From NCBI GenBank assembly GCA_944393695.1, contig CALYAY010000007.1, forward strand, positions 14,266-78,265: a stretch of 64,000 nucleotides of DNA. The letters are read 5' to 3'. The notes beneath the pieces were generated by a model, which searched no databases, was not told where the DNA came from, and saw nothing but the letters and a program-made list of their open reading frames with translations. The position numbers were made by a program, and so were the translations under genes. Every line of letters starts with the position of its first letter. Position 1 is the stretch's first letter. This DNA is from an uncultured Alphaproteobacteria bacterium (lineage in GTDB: Bacteria > Pseudomonadota > Alphaproteobacteria > RF32 > CAG-239). This document shows positions 1 to 9,945 of the stretch, in pieces.

Positions 1-617
1 CAGGGCGTGCATTCACAGGAAGCGTATTTGTCTCCGCAGGCCTCACCCACACCATGATAAGGTGGTTCACAGGTCACGTAATCGCTGGGGCAGTTGGCTT
101 TACATTTTTCAAAATAGGTGTTGTCGTAGGGGCAATAATTATACGGTTCATATCCTTCGAGACAGGAAGTCTGGGTATAACCTTCTTCTTCGCAGCGTTT
201 TTCGTCATTCAGTTCATAATCATCACCTCCGGGAGGCACCCCGCCATTATCGTCATCGGCATTATTTCCCGCAAACTCATTTCCCGAACAATCAGTGGTG
301 TCTGTGACAAAACAGGCCGCGGCAAGTTGGATGAGAGGGGTGTTATGAAACCCTCCCCGACCCCTCCCTAAGTCTTTAGGAAGGGGAAGTATAGAGAGGT
401 CTGAGTTTTCAGGGAGAGTAAATTCGGCAAAATCTTCAAGTGAAGACAAATGAGCGGCCGTGAGGTGTGAAGTGTGTGTAGAAACATGTGATTTAAGCAT
501 GGCCGCGCTTAACGCCGGAGGCGTATCATAAGGATTAAAACCAGCGTAACACAAATCAGCCCCGGCAATAAAGGACATGCACGAAACCGACAACATGAGA
601 ACAGTCTTATTCATCAT
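1..617 (-). CDS. Cys-rich secreted protein family, paralog P1 (3' end runs off window)
   Basis: Absent from the ORF track. Manual translation from ATG 617 is open to the window edge: MMNKTVLMLSVSCMSFIAGADLCYAGFNPYDTPP...SSLEDF-AEFTLPENSDLSILPLPKDLGRGRGGFHNTPL-IQLAAACFVTDTTDCSGNEF...ACGDKYASCECTP. Nearly identical to the P2/P4 N-termini; RBS AGAGGTG upstream. Confidence 0.93.
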   Translation of the reverse strand, partial: MMNKTVLMLSVSCMSFIAGADLCYAGFNPYDTPPALSAAMLKSHVSTHTSHLTAAHLSSLEDFAEFTLPENSDLSILPLPKDLGRGRGGFHNTPLIQLAAACFVTDTTDCSGNEFAGNNADDDNGGVPPGGDDYELNDEKRCEEEGYTQTSCLEGYEPYNYCPYDNTYFEKCKANCPSDYVTCEPPYHGVGEACGDKYASCECTP

Positions 618-660
618 AATAGCACCTCTGTTATTAATTACATTTGTCTTCACGAATCTA

Positions 661-689
661 ATGATAACAGAAAGTTTGATTATTGTAAA
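661..689 (-). promoter_or_regulatory. sigma70-type promoter of P1 (TTTACA-17-TATCAT, extended TG)
   Basis: Hexamers and 17-bp spacing are conserved in all five paralogs while the spacer sequence varies. Confidence 0.75.
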
Positions 690-726
690 TAGATAATTTT
701 GAGTTAAGACGGGAAATCGGACGAGG

Positions 727-1140
727 TTTTAAAACCCCCTCTTACTCCCCCTAATATTTTAGGGGGAGGATAAGTTAGGAGCCTACTGTTTTAGGAGAGG
801 ATGTAAGAATACTTGATTGTCACCCTCACCCGACACTTTGTGTCGACCGTCTGGCTGCGTAAGTGTTGCTGAAAGGGCAACACTAACTTGCTGCGGTCAG
901 CAGCAACTGTAACATTTGTTTCCGTCGCTGCCGTTGGGGCGCAAATTAACAGTTCTGCCCCAGTCGTCAGAAAACAATTCACCGGATTGTTTTCTTTCCT
1001 CCTGCCCCTCTCATAGGGAGAGGTGAAGAAATGGATGACTTTTTTACCTAGATCCTCGGGTTAAACCCGAGGATGACAGGGGAAAGGGTGGCTGAGGATG
1101 ATAGAGAGAAGAGAAGGAAGGATATGGGACGGAGGGTTGG
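727..1140. repeat. Cluster A of REP/RPE-like palindromic elements
   Basis: CTCCCCCTAA..TTAGGGGGAG hairpin; split CACCCTCACCCGACAC..GTGTCGACC / GGGAGAGGT element (821-1024); GATCCTCGGGTTAAACCCGAGGATGAC hairpin (about 1051-1077); purine-rich tail. Confidence 0.85.
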
Positions 1141-1148
1141 ATTTGTAT

Positions 1149-2465
1149 TTACAGGATTTTTCCGGAGGTGTCTTTTAATAAATTATTTAAGCGGGAGAGT
1201 TTGTCCTCATTGATGAGGCAATCAATAATCATGGAAGAACCGTCCAGGCGGCTGTGTTCAACCTCAGCATTGCGGTGAAGCCAGGATAAAAGGCCACCCT
1301 CGGCTACCGGGAGTTTTACCGTTATTTTTTTGCCGGACAGTGACAATATCCGATCAACGGCCTGTAAGAACTGATCTATCCCCTGCCCGGTTGTTGCCGA
1401 AACAACAATATTTTCCGGGTGGCGGGCGGATAGTTCCCGGTAATAAGACAGTTGGCCGGTTTCAAGCAAATCACATTTATTCAGGACTTCAAGATATTTT
1501 TTGTTATGTTCAATATTTTTCAGGCCTAAGTTTTCCAATACGGAAAGGACGTCTTTTCTTTGCGCCAGTGTATCCATGTTGGCAATATCCCGGACATGAA
1601 CGATAACATCGGCAGCTAAAACTTCTTCCAGAGTCGCACGGAAAGACATTATCAGTTCATGCGGCAAATCGGAAATGAAGCCCACGGTATCGGATAAAAT
1701 AACTTCACGTCCGGAAGGAAGCTTTATGCGGCGCATGGTAGGGTCAAGGGTGGCAAATAGCAAGTCTTGGGCAAAGACACCGGCCGCAGACAATTTGTTA
1801 AAAAGCGTCGATTTTCCGGCATTGGTATAGCCGACCAAAGCCACTACCGGATAAGGAATCTTACGTCGGGCATTACGCTGAAGCTGGCGGGTCTGGCGGA
1901 CTTTTTCCAAGTCTTTTTTTATGCGGATAATTTTTTCATCAATAATACGGCGGTCAAGCTCAATCTGTTTTTCACCCGGGCCGCCAAGAAAGCCGGCGCC
2001 ACCCCGCTGGCGTTCCAGGTGAGTCCAACTGCGCACCAGACGGCTGCGCTGATAGGTAAGATGTGCCAGTTCCACCTGAAGTTTGCCTTCCCGGGTGCGG
2101 GCTCGCTCACCAAATATCTCAAGAATGAGGGCCGTCCGGTCTATGACTTTGGCATGGAGTTTGGTTTCAAGATTGCGTTGCTGAACCGGGCTGAGAGATG
2201 TGTCGACAATAAGCAAATCCAGATTATTTTCTTTGAAAATATCTGCCAGTTTCTTAATGTAGCCCTCACCAAAATAAGCACCGGGCTTGATTTCGCGCAG
2301 ATTAACAATTTCCTGATGACAAACGCAAAGATTAACCGCTTCGGCCAGGCGAACAGCTTCTTCCAACCGGGCTTCGGGGGAAAGGCTGATTGTTCCGTTA
2401 AGAAGGTTAGGGAAAACAACGCTTACCCGCGTAACCGGTTCTTTTTCTATCTGAAATCCGCTCAA
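1149..2465 (-). CDS. hflX: GTPase HflX
   Basis: GYTNAGKST, LFATLDPT and DTVGFI motifs; directly downstream of hfq. Confidence 0.97.
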   Translation of the reverse strand: MSGFQIEKEPVTRVSVVFPNLLNGTISLSPEARLEEAVRLAEAVNLCVCHQEIVNLREIKPGAYFGEGYIKKLADIFKENNLDLLIVDTSLSPVQQRNLETKLHAKVIDRTALILEIFGERARTREGKLQVELAHLTYQRSRLVRSWTHLERQRGGAGFLGGPGEKQIELDRRIIDEKIIRIKKDLEKVRQTRQLQRNARRKIPYPVVALVGYTNAGKSTLFNKLSAAGVFAQDLLFATLDPTMRRIKLPSGREVILSDTVGFISDLPHELIMSFRATLEEVLAADVIVHVRDIANMDTLAQRKDVLSVLENLGLKNIEHNKKYLEVLNKCDLLETGQLSYYRELSARHPENIVVSATTGQGIDQFLQAVDRILSLSGKKITVKLPVAEGGLLSWLHRNAEVEHSRLDGSSMIIDCLINEDKLSRLNNLLKDTSGKIL

Positions 2466-2468
2466 GGA

Positions 2469-2720
2469 TTATTCCGCATTTTCAGCCGGAGCTGCTGTCT
2501 CTTCCGGCAATTCAATATTAACCGGCGTTCCGGGCATGATGGTTGAAACGGCGTGTTTATAAATAAGCTGCGTGTGACCGTCGCGGCGCAACAGTAGAGA
2601 AAAATTATCAAACCAGGTGATAATGCCCTGCAATTTGACCCCGTTAACTAAAAATACGGTAACGGAAATTTTGTTTTTACGCAGGTCGTTTAAGAAATCT
2701 TCCTGAACATTTTGTGACAT
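2469..2720 (-). CDS. hfq: RNA chaperone Hfq
   Basis: [13 protein letters not shown]...FDNF...[11 protein letters not shown] Sm motifs. Confidence 0.98.
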   Translation of the reverse strand: MSQNVQEDFLNDLRKNKISVTVFLVNGVKLQGIITWFDNFSLLLRRDGHTQLIYKHAVSTIMPGTPVNIELPEETAAPAENAE

Positions 2721-2791
2721 TTTACTATCCTTCTTATAATTCTTAACAAATTTGATTTAAGCGCATTTTATTTTAATAGTAAAGAAGTTTT

Positions 2792-4150
2792 TTACGAGAA
2801 TATTTTTTCGACTCTCTTTATGGCCTTGGAGCTGCAGAAAAGGATGATGATATCTCCTTCTGCCAAACGATCGTAAAGCGTGGGAAAGATAATTTCTTCA
2901 TCCCGGATAACGGCGCAGACACGGCTGTTTTCGGGGAGTTCCAGTTCTATAATTTTTTTGTTGATATTAGCCGAATATTTATCGATTTTTATTTCCCAAA
3001 CCTCACCAAAGCCGCGGCCGAGTGAATAAGCTTTGTTCAAATGGGCTTTGCGCAATTCCTTTAAGATGCCGGAGACAGTCACGGAGGAAGTGTCAACAAT
3101 GATGCTGTCATTCAAGTTGCTGACAAGATTGTTATAGGCATTTGAATTTACAAGTGAAATGGTTGAGCCGACACCGTTTTTCTGAGCGATGAGCGAAGCT
3201 AAAAGGTTTTCTTTGTCACGCAAAGTTACGGCGATAGTCACATCAACATTATCCAGTCCGGCTTCTTCCAAAATAAGATCACTGGTCATCTCACCGCTGA
3301 TAATTGAAACATTATTCAAGACTGAGGCTAATTTGCGGGCGTGGGAAAAGTCTTCATCAATAATGCGGCAGCTGGTGATGCTGTCGTCTTCTTCCAGCCG
3401 GCGGGCCAAAAACAAAGATATCTGGTTGCCGCCGAAGATAAGAATTTTTTCATTGGCCGGCTGTTCTTTGCCAAAGTTGTGCAGAGCGTCTTCAATTTCA
3501 TCCTCTTGAACAAGAAAATAAAATTCATCATCCGGTTCCAAGGTGAAATCGGCATTGGGAATAAAGTTTTTACCGTTGCGGACGACGCAGACCGGTGCAA
3601 TTTTCAAGTCAGGAGCCGCCATTTCAAAATGACGCACCTGGGTTTTCAACATGGGACAATCAGCTCCGCATCTGACTGATAAAAGATAAAGTTTTTTATC
3701 GGCCAGAGACATGACCGAAGAGGCTCCCGGGGTGCGGATGATGGCATAAACGGCATCGGCAATTTCCATGTCCGGTGAAATTATCAGGTCAATGGGAATG
3801 TTTTTTTCATTGTATAGCGGAGCCCACAGGGGATCAATAAATTCTCGGGAATCAATACGGGCAATTTTTCTTTGAATGTTAAACAGATAGGCGCCTACCT
3901 GGCAGGCAATCATATTGACCTCGTCAACATTGGTTACAGCCAGAATTAAATCCGTTCCGGAGGCCCCTGCCCGTTCTAATATCTCGGGGTGAGAAGCACT
4001 GCCCAAAACCGGCAGGATGTCCCATTCTTTGGAGACTTCGTCAAGACGGCGCTGATCAGTGTCTATGACGGCAATATCATTGTTGCCCTGGCTGAGGTAG
4101 CTTATCAGATTGCGGCCGATGCGGCCGGCTCCGCAGACTATTATTTTCAT
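2792..4150 (-). CDS. trkA: Trk K+ uptake regulatory subunit TrkA
   Basis: Two RCK-N/RCK-C pairs; N-terminal MKIIVCGAGRIG; 452 aa; usual position upstream of hfq. Confidence 0.95.
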   Translation of the reverse strand: MKIIVCGAGRIGRNLISYLSQGNNDIAVIDTDQRRLDEVSKEWDILPVLGSASHPEILERAGASGTDLILAVTNVDEVNMIACQVGAYLFNIQRKIARIDSREFIDPLWAPLYNEKNIPIDLIISPDMEIADAVYAIIRTPGASSVMSLADKKLYLLSVRCGADCPMLKTQVRHFEMAAPDLKIAPVCVVRNGKNFIPNADFTLEPDDEFYFLVQEDEIEDALHNFGKEQPANEKILIFGGNQISLFLARRLEEDDSITSCRIIDEDFSHARKLASVLNNVSIISGEMTSDLILEEAGLDNVDVTIAVTLRDKENLLASLIAQKNGVGSTISLVNSNAYNNLVSNLNDSIIVDTSSVTVSGILKELRKAHLNKAYSLGRGFGEVWEIKIDKYSANINKKIIELELPENSRVCAVIRDEEIIFPTLYDRLAEGDIIILFCSSKAIKRVEKIFS

Positions 4151-5118
4151 AGAGCCTCCTTTTCTATATTGTCAAAATATTCATTTATGGTTTGGCAAGC
4201 CGTCTCGTAATCATTGATTTTGGTATAGGTTTCGCGAAAACGTTTGGCATCGCGCAGATTTTTGCAATACCAACATACAAACTTGCGGGAGATGGCCAGT
4301 CCCATATCATTGCCATAATAAGCACGCAATTCGTCTATATGATGCAATAAAAACTTTTTTATTTCTTTAACGGGAATTTTTTGCGGTTCTGTCCCTTTGG
4401 TCAGGTATTCGTGCGTCTGGCTTATTAACCACGGGTTTCCAAGGCATCCCCGGCCTATCATGACTCCGTCGGCTTTGGTATAATCAAGCATGCGGGCGGC
4501 ATCATAGGGGGTAAAGATGTCTCCGTTGCCGATAACGGGAACAGAGACGGCCTGTTTGACGGCGGCAATGATGTCCCAGTCGGCTTCGCCGGAATAAAAA
4601 GCACTGCGGGTACGGCCGTGAACAGTGAGGTAGGCGGCGCCGCAATCCTCACACATTTGAGCAAAGTCAACCGCATTAATACTGTTGTTGTCCCAGCCTT
4701 TGCGGAATTTGACACTGACCGGCAGGTTGACCGCTGAGACAACCCGGCGAATAATGCGGGCGGCAAGTTCCGTTTCACGCATGAGCGCCGAACCGGAATG
4801 ATTGTTTACGATTTTTTTGACGGGACAGCCCATGTTTATGTCAATGGAATGAGCCCCCAGCTCGGCAGCCAGAACAGCCGCTTCGGCAAACAAATCGGGA
4901 TTGTTGCCGACCAGCTGGACAACCACGGGATAAGGCTCATCACGGACATCGGCTATCCGGTAAGTTTTGGGATTTTTACGCTGAACGGCATTAACAGCAA
5001 CCATTTCCGAGACCATGTTGCCGCCGCCCAGAGAGGCTGTCAGCCGACGCAGGGGTTTATCGGTGATACCGGCCATGGGAGCCATAAAAACACAACTGTC
5101 AAAATCAAGTATTTTCAT
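4147..5118 (-). CDS. dusB: tRNA-dihydrouridine synthase B (NifR3 family)
   Basis: APMAGITD, IDINMGCP, VHGRT, GNGDI and DGVMIGRG motifs. Confidence 0.95.
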   Translation of the reverse strand: MKILDFDSCVFMAPMAGITDKPLRRLTASLGGGNMVSEMVAVNAVQRKNPKTYRIADVRDEPYPVVVQLVGNNPDLFAEAAVLAAELGAHSIDINMGCPVKKIVNNHSGSALMRETELAARIIRRVVSAVNLPVSVKFRKGWDNNSINAVDFAQMCEDCGAAYLTVHGRTRSAFYSGEADWDIIAAVKQAVSVPVIGNGDIFTPYDAARMLDYTKADGVMIGRGCLGNPWLISQTHEYLTKGTEPQKIPVKEIKKFLLHHIDELRAYYGNDMGLAISRKFVCWYCKNLRDAKRFRETYTKINDYETACQTINEYFDNIEKEAL

Positions 5119-5667
5119 CTATATTTCAATATCATAACTGCGGTTATATTCGTGCATAAAATCAATAAGCACCTGAGGCCGGCGATTGATGTTATACACA
5201 TAATTATAGCTATTTACGGCATATTCAAGCGCAGATACGGAAAGAGTGTCTTTTCCCAGCATGTTGTTTATGGCGCCGGAAACGGGACTGCTTCCATAAA
5301 TGCCGGCGGCTCGGGCATAAATCAGCGGCTTGGTTTGGCGGGACAGTTCATCTCCGAAAGACAGAGTATTAAAAACAGCACCTGTTTCCGGTGTGGCGGA
5401 ATTGTTGTCGCGATAAACATCTCCGGCATATTTTCCGGCAGCATTTTTACCTTCCGGTTCGGCAGAAAGATATTGCTGCACCGAGAAAGACAAAGACGGT
5501 TCCATATAAGAATAAGATGCAGCGTTGACCTGTCCGACCGGCGGGAGTTCTACTGAAACGGCCGCCGGTGTTTCCGGTGTTTGAAATGCCCGGGCGTAGC
5601 TGTAAACTTCCGTTAACAGCCGGTTGATATCTGCCGAATACGGGGTATTTGTCAGCGAAGCGACCAT
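5119..5667 (-). CDS. hypothetical protein
   Basis: 182-aa ORF tightly packed between co-oriented genes; no recognised motif. Confidence 0.7.
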   Translation of the reverse strand: MVASLTNTPYSADINRLLTEVYSYARAFQTPETPAAVSVELPPVGQVNAASYSYMEPSLSFSVQQYLSAEPEGKNAAGKYAGDVYRDNNSATPETGAVFNTLSFGDELSRQTKPLIYARAAGIYGSSPVSGAINNMLGKDTLSVSALEYAVNSYNYVYNINRRPQVLIDFMHEYNRSYDIEI

Positions 5668-5679
5668 CCGTTAACCTGC

Positions 5680-8600
5680 TTAATTTATCCGGTCAAGAGA
5701 TTTGGCCAGAATGTAGTAAAGTTTGCCGACGTCTGCTCCGGAGATGACTGATAAAAGCAATCCGGCTTTTTCGCTGTCTTTGGCTTTGCTGACAAGTGTT
5801 TCAAAATCTGTCAGATAGCGGGTGACAATATCACGAAATTCGGCATTCTTTTCAAATTCGTTCTTAATCGCGATTATCTGACTGCGGCTCATGGTGCGGG
5901 TCAAATGGCGGACAAAGGCCGCGGTATCGCCGTTGTAGTATTTTTTCCAGAGCTCTTCTTCAACTCCCGGATTGAAAATGCGGTTGATGTCTACGGCAGA
6001 AGCTTCAAGTTTTTCAACAATATAAGAAGCGTTGCGCAGGAAATTATCAACTTTCATGCCCTCATAAAGTTTTTCGAGCTCCTGAAGTTTGCTCTCGGCT
6101 TTTCCGGATGTTTCATTGAGAATCTGCAGTTGTTTTTTGAACAAGACATTAAAGCCATCTGTTCTTTGCAGAATATTCTCGCTTTGAGCGTTAAAGTCTT
6201 TGGAAGTTGAACTTAATGCCGCGACGGCCTGAGAAACCTTGCCGATAGTATCTTCGCTGGTGTTTACCAGAACTTCGGACTGCTTCAGGAAGACTTCGCC
6301 TGAAGAGCGGATATTATTGGCAATGCGTTCGGCATTGGCAGCAACCTCACTGAGAGAAGCCCGCAATTTGTTGCCGGAGATTTCCATGCTGCCGGTGCTC
6401 TGTTTTGTGGTTTCTTCAACCTGGAGGCTGAGTTTTTTGAGGCTTTCGCCCAGGCCTTTTACCTGGTCATAGGCCTGATTGGCCCGTGTGGACAATTCTT
6501 TGGAAGTGTCGTTAAGAACGGTATTAAAGTATTTGACCAGTTCTTTAGTGCCGGCAGAAAGCTGCAACATTTTATTGTTTTGTTCGGAAATCAGATTATT
6601 GATTTCGACCACGCCGGTGCTGGCCTCGGCGGTAACCGTATTAAAGCCAGCAATGTAGGTTTCGTAATCTTTGATGACGGTTGCAACCTTTTGCTTAGAA
6701 GCAGACACCACCGTGCCCAGATCCTCGGCAGTCTGATTGAGAGACAAACTAATCTGTTCGATGCTTTTTCCTGAGGTTTTGGCGCTTTTGACAACGTCTT
6801 CGCTAAGCTTGATAAGTTTGTCACCAAGAGAATTAAATTCATAAATAATCTTGTGGGCCTGCTCCATAACTTCGTTGCCGTTGTTTTTGAAGCCTTCGCT
6901 GATGGCCGTAACTTTAGCGGCAGCTTCAGCCGAAGCATCGGAAAGATATTTGTATTGCTGAGCCAGCGAAGCCTCGCCCAAACGGCTCTGCGTCGAAACA
7001 ACGTTTATAATGTCGGTCAGGCTGTCAATCTGGTGCTGAAAGGTTTCCCGGATGGCATCACTCTGAGCCTGGGTTTTAACTAACGAGGCATCCAGATTTT
7101 TGATGTGTCCTTCCATCAGAGACATGATATTCTGACTGCTTTTTCCGATACCGTCATTGGCTATTGTCAGTTGATGGCACTTATCAAGAAGGGCATCGGA
7201 AGTGTTACCGGCCTGGGTTCTGATTTCATTAAAGACTTTGGTGAATTCGGTAAATTCGGAAGAAATAAGCTGTAATTTTCCCTGCAGATTTTCAATAACA
7301 TTGCTTACTTCGCTGTTCTGTTCGTCAATGGCTTTATTGACATTCATCAGCTTATCAATTGATTTTTCAAGATTTTCATTAATATTGTCAGAACGTTTGC
7401 TGACGTCTTCTCCCAAAATGACCAGACGGGAGAAAGCACGGTCAGCGGTTTGCTCAATGACCGAAACCTGCTTTTTGAGAGCACTGCCGATGTTGTTGGT
7501 ATTTTCGGAGATTTTATCGCAGATTCCAAAGAACTCATTTTCCTGCTGTTTAAACAGAAGGCTGATGGTTTCGGCTTTTTCATCAAGAGCCTTAACCAAG
7601 TCGGAAACATAGGTTACAGTGCTTTCGGTTACGGAATGCAACGTGTTGTTTTGCGCCGAGAAAGAACTGAGAATATCGTTATGAACTTTTTGGGCATCCT
7701 CTGTCGCTTTGGAAACCATAACCGTCTGAGCACTCAGGGTTTTGGATATATTATCCAAATGCTTATCGATATTGTCGTTAACCGTTTCAATCTTTTGGCA
7801 CCGGTCTTCCAACAGATTGTTTACATTAACCAGTTTGTCCACAGAAGCGGAAGTCGAAGATGAAAAATCTGCCGTTTGTTCTTTTAGCTCGCCATATAAC
7901 TGCCGGGTTTTGGCAATTACGGATTCAGAGGCGGCGATAGCCTGTTCCATTTGATCTTTCAGATTATTAACCGCGCTTTGGGCGTCTTCGTTCATAACAG
8001 CCGAAGCCCGGGTCAGTTCGTCAATTTCCCGTTTAAGTTCGCCCTTGATTTCATCTATACGGCTGAAGGAGGAGTTAATATGCCGGTGCTGCTGGGCCAG
8101 TGCCGCTTCGCTGACCTTGCTTTGGGCGACAATAATGGAAGACGTTTCGGCAAGGCTGTCAGAACCTTTTTTCATGGCTGTTGTTATGTCATTAAAGCAA
8201 TTGGCGGAATCATTTGTCTGGCGGCGGATTTCGTCGCCGGCTTTATTCAAATCAAGCAGCAAAGTGCGCAGGTTGCCCGAAGCCTTATCCAGCATATTGT
8301 TCATATCCGTGTGTTTTGCGGCCAGATCTTCGCTTAACGCCGTGGTTTTGATAATAGTCTTGTCGGCAATATCGGCAACGCCGGAAGCTTCCTTGTTAAG
8401 GGCATCCACCACGGTATTGATGTTGGAAACGGCAATTTCCGAAGTTTTCTGCAACTTTTCGCTTTGAGTACGAATGTTGTTTTCGACATTTTGCATGGAA
8501 GTTGCAATATCGGCAGAAACTCCGCCGAGTTCACGAACCTGAAGGGCAATGCTTTCTTCCGCGACATGGGCCCGGGAAATGATTTTATCAACTTCCTGTC

Positions 8601-9648
8601 CCACGATTTCGCCCTGTTCGCTGAATTTTTTGCCAAGATTGTCGGCATTCTGGTTGAGCAGATTGATGTAATTATTGACACTGTCCGTCTGTTTTTGCAT
8701 GACATCGGCCAGTCCGGTGACGCTGTTGTCGATGGTTGATTTCATCTTATCGCAATCGGCAGCCACCCGGCGGGAAATGTTTTCAATTTTTCCGGCCTGG
8801 GACGCCAGAATTTCAGAGGCTTGAGCAATATTGTTATTTGATTTTTCGGTCAGGGTCAAAATTTCTTCATTAGCGCTAATCAGGCGGGCATTGCTCTTTT
8901 CGGAAACCTGTTCCAGTTGTTCAACGGAATATTTTATTTCGTTGATGTTCGGCATTAGATCGTGCAGAAGTTTGTCGGTTCCTTTTTGCAGGGAAAGGAA
9001 AGAGGCGTTCAGATCCGAGGCGCAGTTTTGAAAACGGGAGGTTGAATCAACAGCCTGGGAATTAAGCTCATTAAAGGTTTCGGCCAGAGATTTGACCGCA
9101 GATGACAATTCGCCGACGGTTTTGGAGGAATAATTATCCAAAACGGCCACGAGTTTTGAAAAATCTTCAACCCGGCCGCCAAGTTCCACCCGGATTTTTT
9201 CGGTTTGTTCCGTGGCCCGGCGGGTGGCTTCCTGAAGCTCTGCCACCTGGGAGCGCAAGGCATCGGCCATAGCTTTTGCCGTCTGGGCTCCGCCGTCTTC
9301 GGGGTAAACGAGCTGATTCATGTAAGCCCGGAGAAAGCGGGCTTCATTTTTGAAACTGGTGCCGCGGTCAATGTAAGCGACAACAACCCAGATAATGGCC
9401 AAAGGAAGGGTTATTCCCGCCAAAAAGCCGCCGAATTCGTCCGGCATCATCAAAAACAGATTATCCCAGCCAAAAAAATATGAAATATAAAACAGGACTA
9501 CGCCAAACCATGCGGCGCTGATCCACAACATCAGGCGATACAGGTTTTGCGTCAGCCAGGAATTTTGCAGTTCGATGTTAACCGAAGCACCGGAAGAAAA
9601 TTCCCGGTCGTTTTGAGCGGAAGCGTTTTCTGCAGACTGATTGGACAT
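5680..9648 (-). CDS. TipN-like membrane-anchored long coiled-coil polarity protein
   Basis: Two N-terminal TM helices, about 1100 aa of heptad/apolipoprotein-like helices, and a C-terminal W..Y..GD...F.R.L...FR..V.RY..DFE....GKLY.ILA block typical of alphaproteobacterial TipN-like proteins. Confidence 0.7.
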   Translation of the reverse strand: MSNQSAENASAQNDREFSSGASVNIELQNSWLTQNLYRLMLWISAAWFGVVLFYISYFFGWDNLFLMMPDEFGGFLAGITLPLAIIWVVVAYIDRGTSFKNEARFLRAYMNQLVYPEDGGAQTAKAMADALRSQVAELQEATRRATEQTEKIRVELGGRVEDFSKLVAVLDNYSSKTVGELSSAVKSLAETFNELNSQAVDSTSRFQNCASDLNASFLSLQKGTDKLLHDLMPNINEIKYSVEQLEQVSEKSNARLISANEEILTLTEKSNNNIAQASEILASQAGKIENISRRVAADCDKMKSTIDNSVTGLADVMQKQTDSVNNYINLLNQNADNLGKKFSEQGEIVGQEVDKIISRAHVAEESIALQVRELGGVSADIATSMQNVENNIRTQSEKLQKTSEIAVSNINTVVDALNKEASGVADIADKTIIKTTALSEDLAAKHTDMNNMLDKASGNLRTLLLDLNKAGDEIRRQTNDSANCFNDITTAMKKGSDSLAETSSIIVAQSKVSEAALAQQHRHINSSFSRIDEIKGELKREIDELTRASAVMNEDAQSAVNNLKDQMEQAIAASESVIAKTRQLYGELKEQTADFSSSTSASVDKLVNVNNLLEDRCQKIETVNDNIDKHLDNISKTLSAQTVMVSKATEDAQKVHNDILSSFSAQNNTLHSVTESTVTYVSDLVKALDEKAETISLLFKQQENEFFGICDKISENTNNIGSALKKQVSVIEQTADRAFSRLVILGEDVSKRSDNINENLEKSIDKLMNVNKAIDEQNSEVSNVIENLQGKLQLISSEFTEFTKVFNEIRTQAGNTSDALLDKCHQLTIANDGIGKSSQNIMSLMEGHIKNLDASLVKTQAQSDAIRETFQHQIDSLTDIINVVSTQSRLGEASLAQQYKYLSDASAEAAAKVTAISEGFKNNGNEVMEQAHKIIYEFNSLGDKLIKLSEDVVKSAKTSGKSIEQISLSLNQTAEDLGTVVSASKQKVATVIKDYETYIAGFNTVTAEASTGVVEINNLISEQNNKMLQLSAGTKELVKYFNTVLNDTSKELSTRANQAYDQVKGLGESLKKLSLQVEETTKQSTGSMEISGNKLRASLSEVAANAERIANNIRSSGEVFLKQSEVLVNTSEDTIGKVSQAVAALSSTSKDFNAQSENILQRTDGFNVLFKKQLQILNETSGKAESKLQELEKLYEGMKVDNFLRNASYIVEKLEASAVDINRIFNPGVEEELWKKYYNGDTAAFVRHLTRTMSRSQIIAIKNEFEKNAEFRDIVTRYLTDFETLVSKAKDSEKAGLLLSVISGADVGKLYYILAKSLDRIN

Positions 9649-9749
9649 AAATATAATTCCCCTTTTCCCCAGTTTTGATTTAAATCCGGGGTTATTTTAT
9701 ACCAAATTTTAAGAATTTAAAGAGATTTAAGCTATTATTAATAACTTAT

Positions 9750-9938
9750 TCACAGAGAAGAACCGTTTAATTGTTTTTCCATGACATATTTCAGTTTTTT
9801 CAGTGCCTGGAGCTGCATTTGTTCGCGACTGAGCGAAGCCGGAACCACAACACTGGCTTCCAACCTGGTTTCAGGCTCAATCGCAGTAACTTTGACGTAG
9901 TTTCCCTGGCGGACAAATTCAAACAAAACTTCCGGCAT
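9750..9938 (-). CDS. small conserved alphaproteobacterial protein (DUF6898-like)
   Basis: EVLFEF..GNYVKVTAI.P.T..E..VV.P......AL.KL.Y pattern; 7 bp downstream of parC. Confidence 0.65.
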   Translation of the reverse strand: MPEVLFEFVRQGNYVKVTAIEPETRLEASVVVPASLSREQMQLQALKKLKYVMEKQLNGSSL

Positions 9939-9945
9939 CTGTCGT

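Noticed and set aside
791-982. Short ORFs in REP clusters (791-982, 16136-16348, 46817-47501)
   Set aside because: They are translations of repeat units, with no evident RBS, and they overlap promoters or other genes.
849-1002. Hammerhead ribozyme or riboswitch in the nested insert
   Set aside because: CTGAAAG does not fit the CUGANGA core and I recognise no aptamer consensus; retained only as an unexplained structured insert.
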